From NCBI GenBank assembly GCA_965219845.1, contig CBDCOP010000004.1:129726-193725 (forward strand): a DNA stretch of 64,000 bases, given 5' to 3'. Below the pieces are notes generated by a model. It was not told the DNA's origin. It worked only from the letters and a program-made list of their open reading frames with translations, and did no database searches. Source of the stretch: Dehalococcoidia bacterium. Lineage in GTDB: Bacteria > Chloroflexota > Dehalococcoidia > Lucifugimonadales > Australimonadaceae. Shown one piece after another: positions 35,354 through 44,959 of the stretch; position 1 is the stretch's first letter, and each line of letters begins with the position of its first letter. A program made the translations under genes and the position numbers.

Positions 35354-36646
35354 ATGGCGAGGCAGATGTCCGGGACATGCGCAGCGGTATGCGCTGCCGT
35401 CGTGGCTGCCGTGCTCCTCTCCGCTGCTGCTTGCGCCCAGGAGGAGAATGGCGAGTTCATCGAAGTGGTGGAGGTGCTGCAGCGAGATTTCGTCGACCGG
35501 GACAAACTGTCGGCAACGGAGATGGAGCGTGCGGGCATCAAGGGGCTCCTGGAGTACCTGGACGACCCCTACACCACATACCTCTCGCCCGAGCGCTACG
35601 CGGCCTTCAACAGCGCGCTGCAGGGACACGAGCCCGACTTCGAGGGCATCGGCGCAAGCGTTACCGAGGTGGAAGGTCAGATCGTCGTGCTGGGGCCGCT
35701 CCCCGGCTCGCCCGCATTCCACGCCGGGTTGATGGCGGGCGACGTCCTTGTCAGCGTGGACGGAGTATCCATAGAGGAGTTCACATTGGAAGAAACGGTC
35801 GCGCTGATACGCGGCCCGACAGGTACAGAGGTCGTGCTGGGCGTCTCGCGCGCCGGCATCTCCCGCCCCGTGGAGATCCCCATCGTACGGGACACGATAA
35901 GCGTCAGTTCCGTTCACGCCCATCTCCTCCCCAGCGGCTTCGGTTACGTGCGTCTCTCCTCGTTCGATGCGGCAACCGGCGCCGACCTGCGCGCCGCCAT
36001 AGCCGACCTGCGCGGGCTTGGCGCTTCGGGGCTTGTGATGGACCTGCGGAACAACGGAGGCGGACTCGTGAACGCTGCCGTGAGCGTCGTCTCCGAGTTC
36101 GTGGAGGAAGGTGAAGTATTGCGCTGGCATAACGCGCACGACGATCAGACCGTGCTGAACGTCAACGGCGAAGGGACAGCCTACGACCTCCCGCTCGTGG
36201 TCATCGTGAACGGGTTCAGCGCGTCGGCCTCGGAGGTCGTGTCCGGGGCATTGCAGGACCACGAGCGCGCCCCTATCGTCGGCACGCGCACGTTCGGCAA
36301 GGGCGCGGTCAATCTGCTGCACGAGTTGGAGTCGGGCGCGGGGCTGAACCTCACCATCGCTCGGTGGCTCACGCCAGGTGGACGAACGATCGAGGGAGAC
36401 GGCATCGAACCGGACGTACGCGTGGGGCCTGAGGTGAACGTGCGGGCGCACGGACGCATCGGCGAGCTGACACGCGACCTCTGCGCGGAATACATGGAGG
36501 AGGCGGATTCCCTGGGGCGATCGGGCGTATTGGAAGGTGCACTGGAGGAGCTTTGCAGCATCCAACCCGAGCCGGCCCCCGTCTCCTACCCCGATGAGCA
36601 GCTCGATGCCGCGGTTGCCGAACTCAGACGGATGACAGGCGGCTGA
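35354..36646 (+). CDS. ctpA: S41 family C-terminal processing peptidase
   Basis: Signal peptide, a PDZ segment 'GSPAFHAGLMAGDVLVSVDG', 'DLRNNGGG', 'NGFSASASE' and 'GTRTFGKG' are present. Confidence 0.85.
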   Translation: MARQMSGTCAAVCAAVVAAVLLSAAACAQEENGEFIEVVEVLQRDFVDRDKLSATEMERAGIKGLLEYLDDPYTTYLSPERYAAFNSALQGHEPDFEGIGASVTEVEGQIVVLGPLPGSPAFHAGLMAGDVLVSVDGVSIEEFTLEETVALIRGPTGTEVVLGVSRAGISRPVEIPIVRDTISVSSVHAHLLPSGFGYVRLSSFDAATGADLRAAIADLRGLGASGLVMDLRNNGGGLVNAAVSVVSEFVEEGEVLRWHNAHDDQTVLNVNGEGTAYDLPLVVIVNGFSASASEVVSGALQDHERAPIVGTRTFGKGAVNLLHELESGAGLNLTIARWLTPGGRTIEGDGIEPDVRVGPEVNVRAHGRIGELTRDLCAEYMEEADSLGRSGVLEGALEELCSIQPEPAPVSYPDEQLDAAVAELRRMTGG

Positions 36647-36649
36647 GCG

Positions 36650-37156
36650 ATGCCTCCCAAACGCAAAAAGAAGAGACAGCCGGAGCAGCAACGGCCCGGC
36701 CAGCCCCGCATCCGAACCGTCGCGGACAACCGGCGAGCGCGCTTCGATTACGACATCCTCGATCGCATCGAGGCCGGCATAGTGTTGACCGGCACGGAGA
36801 TCAAGTCCGTGCGTGACGCACGGGTCGCCATCCGCGACGCCTACGCGCAGGCGCGCAACGGCGAGATGTGGCTGCACAACATGCACGTCGCCGCGTGGAC
36901 GAGCGCAGGTCCGTGGGGACACGAGCCGACACGCTCCCGGAAGCTGCTGATGCACGCGCGTGAGATAGACCGGTTCAGCCGTGCGGCGGGCCAACGCGGC
37001 CTGACGATGATCCCGTTGCGTGTGTACATCAAGGGACACCACGCAAAGGTGGAACTGGCCCTGGCGAAAGGCCGGCGGCACTACGACAAACGGCAGGCCA
37101 TCATGCGACGCGAGTCGGACCGGGAGATAGCACGCGCTCTCCGTCGCGAGGACTGA
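36650..37156 (+). CDS. smpB: SsrA-binding protein
   Basis: 'NRRARFDYDILDRIEAGIVLTGTEIKS', 'KLLMHAREI' and 'YDKRQAIMRRESDRE' are present. Confidence 0.9.
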   Translation: MPPKRKKKRQPEQQRPGQPRIRTVADNRRARFDYDILDRIEAGIVLTGTEIKSVRDARVAIRDAYAQARNGEMWLHNMHVAAWTSAGPWGHEPTRSRKLLMHAREIDRFSRAAGQRGLTMIPLRVYIKGHHAKVELALAKGRRHYDKRQAIMRRESDREIARALRRED

Positions 37157-37223
37157 GTGACTGGTGCGGTTTGACCACCCCCCCGCGGGAGTAGTAGGAT
37201 AGTAGGTGCAACTGGTCTGCTGT

Positions 37224-37573
37224 GGGGATGCGTGGTTTCGACAGGGGATCAGCTTGGCAGGATTGCAGGCCGAGTTCGCCGCCTACTCGCTAATCAGACG
37301 GCAAAACATCAACTGCCGACGAACCAGTCGCACTGGCTGCCTAACAACGTAGCCACGCCCCGATAGCCCACTCCGGCGGCTACCGGAAGCGCCATACAGC
37401 CGGGGTGCAGTGGCTCTGACGCCGCTGCGAGCCACTCAAGACTTCGCGGCAGGTGGCGGGACGGCCCGCCGGTGGGCCCACCCAGTCACCGAACAAAACG
37501 CCGGCTAAGCCTGTAGTACATCCGCGCTGAGCGTCTTCTGGACGGGGAGTTCGACTCTCCCCCATCTCCACCA
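37224..37573 (+). ncRNA. ssrA: transfer-messenger RNA (tmRNA)
   Basis: The 5' GGGGATGCGTGGTTTCGACAGGGG and the 3' GGACGGGGAGTTCGACTCTCCCCCATCTCCACCA form a tRNA-Ala-like acceptor with a G3:U pair. The tag frame 37315-37344 reads ADEPVALAA-stop. It lies directly downstream of smpB. Confidence 0.9.
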
Positions 37574-37629
37574 CAGACGAGCCACGGGCTCAGAGTCCCC
37601 TTGGCTTTGCAGAGATCGGAGGACTTGGG

Positions 37630-37848
37630 ATGACAACGAAGGCACAGCCGAAGATAAACGTTGAGGCAAGCTACTGCGAGGCATCTCCCACCGGGGCGCA
37701 TCACTGGATCGTCGGTTCACCGAGCGCCACGATGGCCGGCGAATGCAAGTACTGTCACGAAGCACGAGAGTTTCACCCGTTCGAGGACAACATCGGCTTC
37801 AACAACAGCCCGAAGAAGAACCGCGCCGCTGCAACGACGGGCGAATAG
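37630..37848 (+). CDS. hypothetical small Cys/His (zinc-ribbon-like) protein
   Basis: 72 aa, with GGAGG 8 nt upstream. It carries 'C-x7-HH' and 'CKYCH' motifs. GC is lower than in the flanks. Confidence 0.35.
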   Translation: MTTKAQPKINVEASYCEASPTGAHHWIVGSPSATMAGECKYCHEAREFHPFEDNIGFNNSPKKNRAAATTGE

Positions 37849-37928
37849 CTCTCCAGGGTCCGCCCGCGATACTCCGAACGGCCTGTTGTCCGTATAATCC
37901 GCGCCATCCCGCCCCTGAGTGAGGAGGT

Positions 37929-38693
37929 ATGCCCTCTGCGATCCTGCGCGTGCGCGGGCTGGTGATGGACTTCGGCGGCGTGCGCGCCGTCGATAACTGC
38001 TCGCTCAACGTGGATGAGGGCTCCATCACCGGCCTCATCGGCCCGAACGGCGCGGGAAAGACGACGCTGTTCAACCTCATAGCGGGTTTCCACAGGCCTA
38101 CCGCGGGACGAGTCACCTTCCGCGACGAGCGGATAGACGGTCTACCTTCCTACCTCGTCTTCCGCAAGGGCATCGTCAGGACGTTCCAGATACCTCGCGA
38201 GTTGAAGCGCATGAGCGTCCTGGAGAACCTCATGCTCGTCCCGTCCAATCAGGCTGGAGAGAGCATGTGGCGCGCCGTCGCAGCCCGTTGGCTCATCGAG
38301 CGCCAGGAACGGGCGATAGAGGAACAGGCGCGGGGGGTGCTCGAATTCACCGGGTTATCGGAGGTGGCGGACCTGCCGGCGGAGCGACTCTCCGGCGGAC
38401 AGAAGAAGCTGCTGGAGCTCGCGCGCACGCTGATAGCCAAACCGCGGATGGTGCTGCTGGACGAGCCGGGCGCGGGCGTGAACCCCACGCTGCTCGGGCG
38501 TTTGGTCGGCGGCATTCGCAGGGCGCGCGAGGAACTGGGCATCACGTTCCTCATCATCGAACACGACATGGAGCTCGTGATGCGCTTGTGCGACCACGTC
38601 ATCGTGATGAGCGAAGGCACGGTGCTCACGCAGGGGCCTCCCGCCGCTGTGCAGCAGGACGAACGGGTCGTCCGGGCTTATCTGGGGGCCTGA
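37929..38693 (+). CDS. livG: branched-chain amino acid ABC transporter ATP-binding protein
   Basis: 'GLIGPNGAGKTT', 'LSGGQKKLLELAR' and 'LLDEPGAG' are present. First of two ATPases. Confidence 0.85.
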   Translation: MPSAILRVRGLVMDFGGVRAVDNCSLNVDEGSITGLIGPNGAGKTTLFNLIAGFHRPTAGRVTFRDERIDGLPSYLVFRKGIVRTFQIPRELKRMSVLENLMLVPSNQAGESMWRAVAARWLIERQERAIEEQARGVLEFTGLSEVADLPAERLSGGQKKLLELARTLIAKPRMVLLDEPGAGVNPTLLGRLVGGIRRAREELGITFLIIEHDMELVMRLCDHVIVMSEGTVLTQGPPAAVQQDERVVRAYLGA

Positions 38694-38697
38694 GCCG

Positions 38698-39405
38698 ATG
38701 CCGCTCCTCGATGCAACGGGCGTACGGGCCGGATACGGCGACACCGAGATAATCCATGGCGTGGACATGCGCGTTGACGCGGGTGAGGTTGTGACCATCA
38801 TCGGCCCGAACGGTTCCGGCAAGTCAACGATGATGAAGGCGATCGTCGGCATCGTGCAGGCGTCGTGCGGAGAGATCCGGTTCGACGGCCGCCGTATCGA
38901 TGGGCTGGGCGCCGACCGCCGCATCCCGCTGGGGCTCTGCTATGTCCCGCAGACGGACAACGTCTTCCCTACCCTGACCATCACTGAGAATCTCGAGATG
39001 GGCGGATTCCTGCGGAGCGACAGACTGGACGGCCGCATCCGGGAGATGTTCGAGCTCTTCCCTGACCTGGCGGAGAAGCGCAACGCGAAGGCCGGTTCGC
39101 TCTCCGGCGGACAGCGGCAGATGATGGCCATTGCGCGCGCCCTGATGCTGGAGCCGAGACTGCTGCTGCTGGACGAGCCCACCGCGGGCCTCTCGCCACT
39201 GCTGATGGAGACGGTGTTCGGGATGGTGCGGGACATCAACGCCACCGGCGTCGCGATCCTGATGGTGGAGCACAACGCGAAGAAAGCGCTCGCCATCTCA
39301 CACCGGGGTTACGTGCTGGCGTTGGGAGAGGTGCGTTTGGAGAATACAGGGCCGGAGTTGGCCAACGACCCGCACGTGGGGCGGCTGTACCTGGGGAGCG
39401 AGTAG
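38698..39405 (+). CDS. livF: branched-chain amino acid ABC transporter ATP-binding protein
   Basis: 'IIGPNGSGKST', 'LSGGQRQMMAIAR' and 'LLDEPTAG' are present. Confidence 0.85.
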   Translation: MPLLDATGVRAGYGDTEIIHGVDMRVDAGEVVTIIGPNGSGKSTMMKAIVGIVQASCGEIRFDGRRIDGLGADRRIPLGLCYVPQTDNVFPTLTITENLEMGGFLRSDRLDGRIREMFELFPDLAEKRNAKAGSLSGGQRQMMAIARALMLEPRLLLLDEPTAGLSPLLMETVFGMVRDINATGVAILMVEHNAKKALAISHRGYVLALGEVRLENTGPELANDPHVGRLYLGSE

Positions 39406-39414
39406 GCGGGCGCG

Positions 39415-40422
39415 ATGTTCTTCACTGCACGCACGATGAACAGCCCGGCGGCGGCACGGGTGAGCCGCGCGGCGCAGGCAGTGCTCGCCATCGTCTTCGT
39501 TGTGCTTGCGCTGAGCGAGGTTGGGCTCGCTGTGAACGGCATCTTCCTCGGCAGCATCCTCGCGCTTGGAGCCGTCGGCATCACGCTGGTCTTCGGCGTG
39601 ATGCGGTTCGCCAATATAGCTCATGGCGACATGATGACGATGGGCGCATACGTGGCGTTCTTCCTGCTCGTAAGCGTACTGCCGGAGCAAACGGGGCTGG
39701 GGCCGTTCACGTTCGGCTTCCCGCTGCTCATCGCGATCCCGCTGAGCATGACTGCGGTAGCGGCTATGGCTGTTGGTATGGACCTGCTCGTCTTCCGCCG
39801 GCTTCGCCTGCGGCAAGCGAATATCGTCACGATCGAGATTGCCTCGCTCGGCATCGCCATCTCGATACGGGGCTTAATCCAGATGATATGGGGCACGCCG
39901 GTGCGCTACTTTCCTAACGAGGGGCGTCAGCACTTCTCCCTGCCGGCCGAGATCAGCATCGCGCCGAACCACCTGTTCGTGAGCGGAGCGGCGCTCGTGC
40001 TGGCTGTCGCGCTGCACCTGCTGCTCACCCGTACGAAGCAGGGCAAGGCGATGCGCGCCACCTCCGACAATCCTGACCTGGCGCGTGCCAGCGGCATCAA
40101 CACGGACCGCGTGCTGCTGTGGACGTGGGGCATCGCCGGGGCGCTGGCAGGTGCGGCTGGTGTGTTGCTCGTCATATTCAATGCGACCTCTCAGCTGAAG
40201 CCGACCATCGGCTTCCAGCTGCTCATACCGCTCTTTGCCGCAGTGGTCGTTGGCGGCATCGGCAACCCGTACGGTGCGTTCCTTGGGGCAATGCTCATCG
40301 GCATCTCGATGGAAGTCTCTACGGCGTGGGCTCTGGCGACGTACAAGCCTGCGATAGCGTTCACCGTCATGGTGATCGTGCTGCTCTTCAGACCGCGTGG
40401 GATACTGGGGAGTAGAGGCTGA
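39415..40422 (+). CDS. livH: branched-chain amino acid ABC transporter permease
   Basis: Polytopic. 'GAVGITLVFGVMRFANIAHGD' is the typical LivH signature. The N-terminal extent is uncertain. Confidence 0.85.
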   Translation: MFFTARTMNSPAAARVSRAAQAVLAIVFVVLALSEVGLAVNGIFLGSILALGAVGITLVFGVMRFANIAHGDMMTMGAYVAFFLLVSVLPEQTGLGPFTFGFPLLIAIPLSMTAVAAMAVGMDLLVFRRLRLRQANIVTIEIASLGIAISIRGLIQMIWGTPVRYFPNEGRQHFSLPAEISIAPNHLFVSGAALVLAVALHLLLTRTKQGKAMRATSDNPDLARASGINTDRVLLWTWGIAGALAGAAGVLLVIFNATSQLKPTIGFQLLIPLFAAVVVGGIGNPYGAFLGAMLIGISMEVSTAWALATYKPAIAFTVMVIVLLFRPRGILGSRG

Positions 40423-41432
40423 TGCTGGAGTTCCTCACCGCCTTCGCCATACTGGTCGGCATCTACTCCGTGTTCGTGCTCGGCCTCAACGTGCATTGGG
40501 GCTATACCGGGCTGTTCAACATCGGCGTGGCAGGCTTCTTCGCTCTCGGCGCGTATGCCGCTTCGCTCCTGACCATCCGTCCGCCACTGTCGGCGCAGGT
40601 TGACGACTACCTCTTCGCCGGCGACCTGGCCAACCGGCTCGACGCATTGCCCGTTATCGGTGTGCTGGACCTGTGGTTCGTGGCCGGGTTGCTTGCGGCA
40701 TCGCTGGTAGCCGCGGCAGTAGCGCTCGTGGTCGGCACGATAACCATCCGGCTGCGGGATGACTACCTAGCGATAGCGACCCTGGGCATAGCGGAGAGCG
40801 TTCGGCTGGTATTCCTCAACGAGCGATGGCTGGGCAACGGAAGCAAGGGGCTGTACACGATCCCCCGGGTGTTCGACGGCATCGTCGCTCCACAGGACTA
40901 CGACCGCGTGTATCTGGTGGTGGTGCTGGTGGTATTCGTCACGTTGTTCGCAGGCGTACGAGCGCTTGTGCACTCGCCATGGGGGCGCGTGCTGCGCGCG
41001 ATACGCGAGGACGAAGTGACCGCTGAAGCGAGCGGCAAGCACGTTTTCCGCTTCAAGCTCCAGGCATTCGTCCTTGGCGCGGTGATCATGGGCATCGGCG
41101 GCGCACTGTACGCCTTCAACCTGCGCGCCATCTCCCCGTCCGCGTTCACGCCGCTGCTCGGCACGTTCATCATCTGGGCAATGCTGGTGGTGGGCGGGAG
41201 CGGACGGCTCTACGCTCCCATCGTGGGGGCGTTCATCGTGTGGGGCATCTGGAGCGGGTCGCAGTTCTTGCCGGACCCGTTGGGTTCCCCTAACGTGCGC
41301 TACTTCTCGATCGGCGCGCTGGTGGTTCTGGTGCTCGTGTACGCCCCGGACGGCATCACGCCGCAACTGTCGCGCGTACGGGAGCGGTGGCTGGCGCGCC
41401 GCCGACCGCAGAGCGCCGCTGCTGACGAATAG
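40422..41432 (+). CDS. livM: branched-chain amino acid ABC transporter permease
   Basis: Polytopic. 'GYTGLFNIGVAGFFALGAY' and 'DYLAIATLGIAE' are present. The start overlaps the livH stop (TGATG). Confidence 0.85.
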   Translation: MLEFLTAFAILVGIYSVFVLGLNVHWGYTGLFNIGVAGFFALGAYAASLLTIRPPLSAQVDDYLFAGDLANRLDALPVIGVLDLWFVAGLLAASLVAAAVALVVGTITIRLRDDYLAIATLGIAESVRLVFLNERWLGNGSKGLYTIPRVFDGIVAPQDYDRVYLVVVLVVFVTLFAGVRALVHSPWGRVLRAIREDEVTAEASGKHVFRFKLQAFVLGAVIMGIGGALYAFNLRAISPSAFTPLLGTFIIWAMLVVGGSGRLYAPIVGAFIVWGIWSGSQFLPDPLGSPNVRYFSIGALVVLVLVYAPDGITPQLSRVRERWLARRRPQSAAADE

Positions 41433-41505
41433 ACCTGCGCCCGCTCGCCCCCAGCTTGCTGGAGGACGAACGGGCGCTCCCCGATCGACAATTCACGACG
41501 CAGGG

Positions 41506-42732
41506 CTACTCAGTAACGATGCGCTCGGTGACGAGTTTGCCGTTGACGATCTTCCAGATGCCCATCGCGCCGGTTACGTCGCCGTTCTCGTCCACGTCGA
41601 CAGGCCCTGAGGCGCCCTGGTAGTTGATCTCCTTACCGTCGCGGAGGAGTTCGAGCGCGCGCCTGATCTCGTCCACGCCGGGGCCGATCTCCTCGCCAGG
41701 CGGTGCGGAGACAGAACGTATGGAGTCTCGAATGGCCGTAGGGTCTGATGAGCCCGCAGCCTCGGCGGCGAGGGCGAAGATGACTGCCGCGTCGTAGGAC
41801 TCGCGGATGAACGGCAGTGACAGGTCGTTGTTGTAAGCGGCCATGTAGTCGCTGTCGAACTGAGCGCGGTCTTCGTTCTCCAGCGCCTCAGGAGCGGTGC
41901 CATACATCCCTTCGAGGTGCTCTGCGCCCACGGCGTCTATGAGGTCGTTGGACTTGCTGCCATCCACGAAAAGGAAGGTGTCGGCTGCGCCGCTCTCGAT
42001 CGCTTCGCGGATGTAGACGCCCGCACTGACGGGGAAACTGATGGCCAGGAGCACGTCGGGGCCGCCCGCAGTTGCCTTGGCCAGTTCGGAGGCGTAAGAA
42101 GGCTGCTCAGGCTCGTGTGGGACCGTTACGACCTGCCCTCCCAGCGCGGTGAAGGACGCCTCGAACTGGTCGGCGAGGCCTTGTCCATAGGCGTCATTGA
42201 TGTAGAGCGCGCCTGCGGAACGGTAGCCGAGATCGTTGTACGCGAGTTTGGCAAGCACGACGCCCTGGAATGCGTCCGAGGGGGCGGTGCGGAAGACAAA
42301 GTTGTTGTCGTCCAGCACGGTGATGGTGGGAGACGTGGCCGATGGCGACATCAGGGGCACTTCCCCGTCAATCGTAACCGCGCGTGCGGTCGCCTGTGTA
42401 TGGCTGCTGCGCAGGGGGCCAACGATTGCGGAGACGCTGTCCACGTCCACGAGCTTGCGGGCGGCGTCCACAGCAGTGATGTCGGTGGTGCCTGCGTCCT
42501 CGGAAACGACCTCGACCTGGCGTCCGCCGAGCACCCCTCCGGCCTCGTTGACCTGGGTAGCGGCGAGCATGACGCCTTGGTCCATCAGCGTTCCGAACTC
42601 TGACAACTCACCTGTGAACTCCATGAGGGAGCCGATTTTTACCGGTTCGTCCTCCCCACATGCTGTCATCAACATGCCCATGGCCATGACCAGCGCGACA
42701 ACTAATCCTATACGGACTGACCTTGCGCTCAT
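41506..42732 (-). CDS. ABC transporter substrate-binding lipoprotein (type 1 PBP, Liv-like)
   Basis: Lipobox 'LMTACGEDE' and 'VKIGSLMEFTGELSEFG' are present. It is convergent with the liv permease genes. Confidence 0.8.
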   Translation of the reverse strand: MSARSVRIGLVVALVMAMGMLMTACGEDEPVKIGSLMEFTGELSEFGTLMDQGVMLAATQVNEAGGVLGGRQVEVVSEDAGTTDITAVDAARKLVDVDSVSAIVGPLRSSHTQATARAVTIDGEVPLMSPSATSPTITVLDDNNFVFRTAPSDAFQGVVLAKLAYNDLGYRSAGALYINDAYGQGLADQFEASFTALGGQVVTVPHEPEQPSYASELAKATAGGPDVLLAISFPVSAGVYIREAIESGAADTFLFVDGSKSNDLIDAVGAEHLEGMYGTAPEALENEDRAQFDSDYMAAYNNDLSLPFIRESYDAAVIFALAAEAAGSSDPTAIRDSIRSVSAPPGEEIGPGVDEIRRALELLRDGKEINYQGASGPVDVDENGDVTGAMGIWKIVNGKLVTERIVTE

Positions 42733-42762
42733 CGCCGACCTCCTTCAGGGTACGTGGGCCAT

Positions 42763-43893
42763 TTACCACTGAACGAACATTGGCATGACGACGTGGACGT
42801 ACTCGCCGCCGTCGTCCACGGGGCGGATAACCCCCGGACTCGACGAAGTGGTCATTTCCAAAGCGACCTTATCCTTGCCGATGACGCTGAGCACGTCGCT
42901 CAGGTAGCGGCTGCTGAACGCGATCTTCCCTTCGGCCCCCTCAACGTCCGCTTCGAGGTTGCCTGTGTTATCGCCGACTTCCTCCGCCCTCGACGATATC
43001 GTGAGCGCCCCGGTCCCTTCACCTTCCGCGCTCATCTGCAGCCGGATGATGCCGGAGCCATCCTTCGCAAAGATGGCGGCGGTGCGCGTCGCCCGTTGTA
43101 GCTCGCTGAGCGCGATGATAGCGCGCGTGCCGTGCTCCTGCGGGATGAGCTGGGCGTAGTTGGGGAACGTTCCCTGGATGAGCTGCGACACCACCTCGAC
43201 GTTCTTGAAGCGAAAGAGGATCTGGCTCCGCTGTGTCGTCACCACGATGTCGACCGGATCGTCGCCGTCAAGGAGGCGCTCGATGTCGGAGAGCGTGCGG
43301 GCCGGAACGATGACCGAGACTTTCTCGTTGGCGGGTTCCAGCAGTTGCGCCTTGCGTACGGCAAGGCGGAAGCCGTCAGCGGCGGCGAACGTGACGTTCG
43401 TGCCATCGAGCTCGATGTTGACGCCCGTCAGAACGGGGCGGGAGTCCTCGACTGCCGCGGCGAGCACGACCTGGTGGATCGCATCGCGCAGCGCCCTGCC
43501 CGACATCTTCGTGGAGACGCCCTGGTCTATCGCGGGGATGGGCGGGAACTCCTCCGCAGCAGTGCCGTTGATATTGGCCTTCGTCCTGTCGCCTTCTATG
43601 GCGATGCCCCCTCCCTGGGAGGCAGTCTGGACCTTGATGGTCTGCCGCCCGAGCGAGTTGACGAAGTCGGTCAACAGCCGTGCCGGGATCGTTACCGCGC
43701 CTTCCTCCTGGATGTCGGCGCCTATCCACGTGCTTATCGCAACTTCCAGGTTGGTGGCAGAGAGTTTCAGCCGGCCCTCGTCCGTGGAGAGCAGCACGTG
43801 CTGTGTGATCGGCAGCGTGGTACGCGTGGCGACCGCGGGCTGAACGACGCTCAACCCCTGGCTGAGATTCTCCTGCAAGCAGTGCAACTGCAT
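42763..43893 (-). CDS. dnaN: DNA polymerase III subunit beta
   Basis: 376 aa. 'LPITQHVLLSTDEGRLKLSATNLEVAI', 'IPARLLTDFVNSL' and the C-terminal 'VVMPM' are present. Confidence 0.9.
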   Translation of the reverse strand: MQLHCLQENLSQGLSVVQPAVATRTTLPITQHVLLSTDEGRLKLSATNLEVAISTWIGADIQEEGAVTIPARLLTDFVNSLGRQTIKVQTASQGGGIAIEGDRTKANINGTAAEEFPPIPAIDQGVSTKMSGRALRDAIHQVVLAAAVEDSRPVLTGVNIELDGTNVTFAAADGFRLAVRKAQLLEPANEKVSVIVPARTLSDIERLLDGDDPVDIVVTTQRSQILFRFKNVEVVSQLIQGTFPNYAQLIPQEHGTRAIIALSELQRATRTAAIFAKDGSGIIRLQMSAEGEGTGALTISSRAEEVGDNTGNLEADVEGAEGKIAFSSRYLSDVLSVIGKDKVALEMTTSSSPGVIRPVDDGGEYVHVVMPMFVQW

Positions 43894-44056
43894 CTTGAAA
43901 CCTCAATACGTTGTGGTTTTGCGGAAGGGAAAACCTCTGCCGCACTTGGGAGCGCAGTATAGGCGACGCCCTGAGAGGGGTCAACGAACAGATTGAGAGA
44001 AACCGGGCAATGCCTCGTGCGTCGTCCCAGTGTTCATATTGAGCCGTCTCGAGTTG

Positions 44057-44542
44057 CTACTGCCCTGACAGGAAAGTGACGAGCGTGTCCAACTCATCGG
44101 CGGAGAGTTGCGTCGCGAAGTCCTGCGGCATCAGGCCATCCTCGTAGCCTTCGACGACTTCGGCGGACGGGGTCAGGATTGATTCGCGGATGTAGTCCGC
44201 GCCCTTCGTCCCGACGCCTGCAAGCTTGGGACCGTCGCTGCTGTCCTTTGACTGTGGAACCGCGTCCAATTCGTGGCAGGTGGCGCAGGCGTACGTAATG
44301 AACAGGATCTTGCCATCGTCTCCGTCCCCACCCAGAGCTGGCGTGGGTGTGGGGGTCGGCTGGACAGTCGCCCCGGGAGGCGGTTCACAATCGGCGCCTG
44401 CAGCCCCCACAACCTGCCCTTCCTGGGCGAGATAGCACTCGGGGGTGACAACGGGGCTGCCACCGCATGCCGAAACGACGGCGAACACGGCCAAGGCTGT
44501 AATGGTGAGGAGTATGGGAAGTGTTGGACGGGAGAGTCGCAC
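44057..44542 (-). CDS. c-type cytochrome (class I), lipoprotein-anchored
   Basis: Signal peptide with 'VVSACGGS' and a single heme motif 'CATCHE'. Confidence 0.75.
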   Translation of the reverse strand: MRLSRPTLPILLTITALAVFAVVSACGGSPVVTPECYLAQEGQVVGAAGADCEPPPGATVQPTPTPTPALGGDGDDGKILFITYACATCHELDAVPQSKDSSDGPKLAGVGTKGADYIRESILTPSAEVVEGYEDGLMPQDFATQLSADELDTLVTFLSGQ

Positions 44543-44668
44543 GCGGCCTCTACATCGGAGGAACAGGGGCAGTTGTGATTTCTATCACGTTGTATCACCC
44601 GCCGCTTCGCCATGTCAAGGAAGCGAATACCGTGCACGCATGGCTCACATGGCTAGCGACGAACAACA

Positions 44669-44717
44669 AGAGAGGCGGAGCGGCGTTGTCTCCCCAGACC
44701 GCCGGTCCGCCTCTCTT
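44669..44717 (-). terminator. strong hairpin downstream of the small HTH gene
   Basis: aagagaggcgga (44669-44679) pairs with tccgcctctctt (44706-44717), and inner gcggcg/cgccgg pairing extends the stem. On the minus strand a T-rich CTTGTTGTT follows. Confidence 0.35.
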
Positions 44718-44734
44718 CACGTCAGGGACGCTGG

Positions 44735-44959
44735 TCAGCTTGCTCGTTTGACCTCGAGGGTCTCCCCCGGAGCAAGTGCAACACGCCGGACGTTGATGCC
44801 GAGCTTGAGAAGCCAGTACCCAAGTGTCGCCTTGGAGACTTCCAGCTCAGCCGCTGTGGCCGAGAGGCCATTCTCATTGATCTTCTCTGGCAACAGACGT
44901 TCCAGCGGTTGGTGGAACCGCTCCTCCACCTGTTGCATGAGCCGGGTCTTGCGCGCCAT
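44735..44959 (-). CDS. small helix-turn-helix protein
   Basis: Start at Met26, after GGAGGG. 'LSATAAELEVSKATLGYWLLKLGI' is HTH-like. It sits in a lower-GC pocket. Confidence 0.45.
   Translation of the reverse strand: MARKTRLMQQVEERFHQPLERLLPEKINENGLSATAAELEVSKATLGYWLLKLGINVRRVALAPGETLEVKRAS

Noticed and set aside
35093-37081. A 662-aa minus-strand ORF spanning the ctp and smpB region. Similar long antisense ORFs occur at 62037..63887, 32094..33911, 14699..15862, 16475..17494, 60582..61727, 45751..47085 and 27916..28755.
   Set aside because: Their composition is Arg/Ala/Gly/Pro/His-rich and motif-free, and each lies exactly antisense or out of frame to a gene with strong family motifs. These are typical shadow ORFs of high-GC DNA.
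37893-37898. A perfect TATAAT 30 nt upstream of livG.
   Set aside because: The best -35 at 17-nt spacing is poor (TACTCC). The element could still be a real promoter, but the support is too weak to list it as a feature.
41433-41505. A possible bidirectional terminator between livM and the substrate-binding gene (gcgcccg...cgggcgc).
   Set aside because: It has only a 7-bp stem with a loop of about 27 nt and no U-tract. That is not convincing.
42763-44056. The dnaN locus, considered as a possible replication origin.
   Set aside because: There is no dnaA gene next to dnaN. I saw no cluster of TTATCCACA-like boxes and no AT-rich unwinding element in 43894-44056, only one weak TGTGGTTTT.
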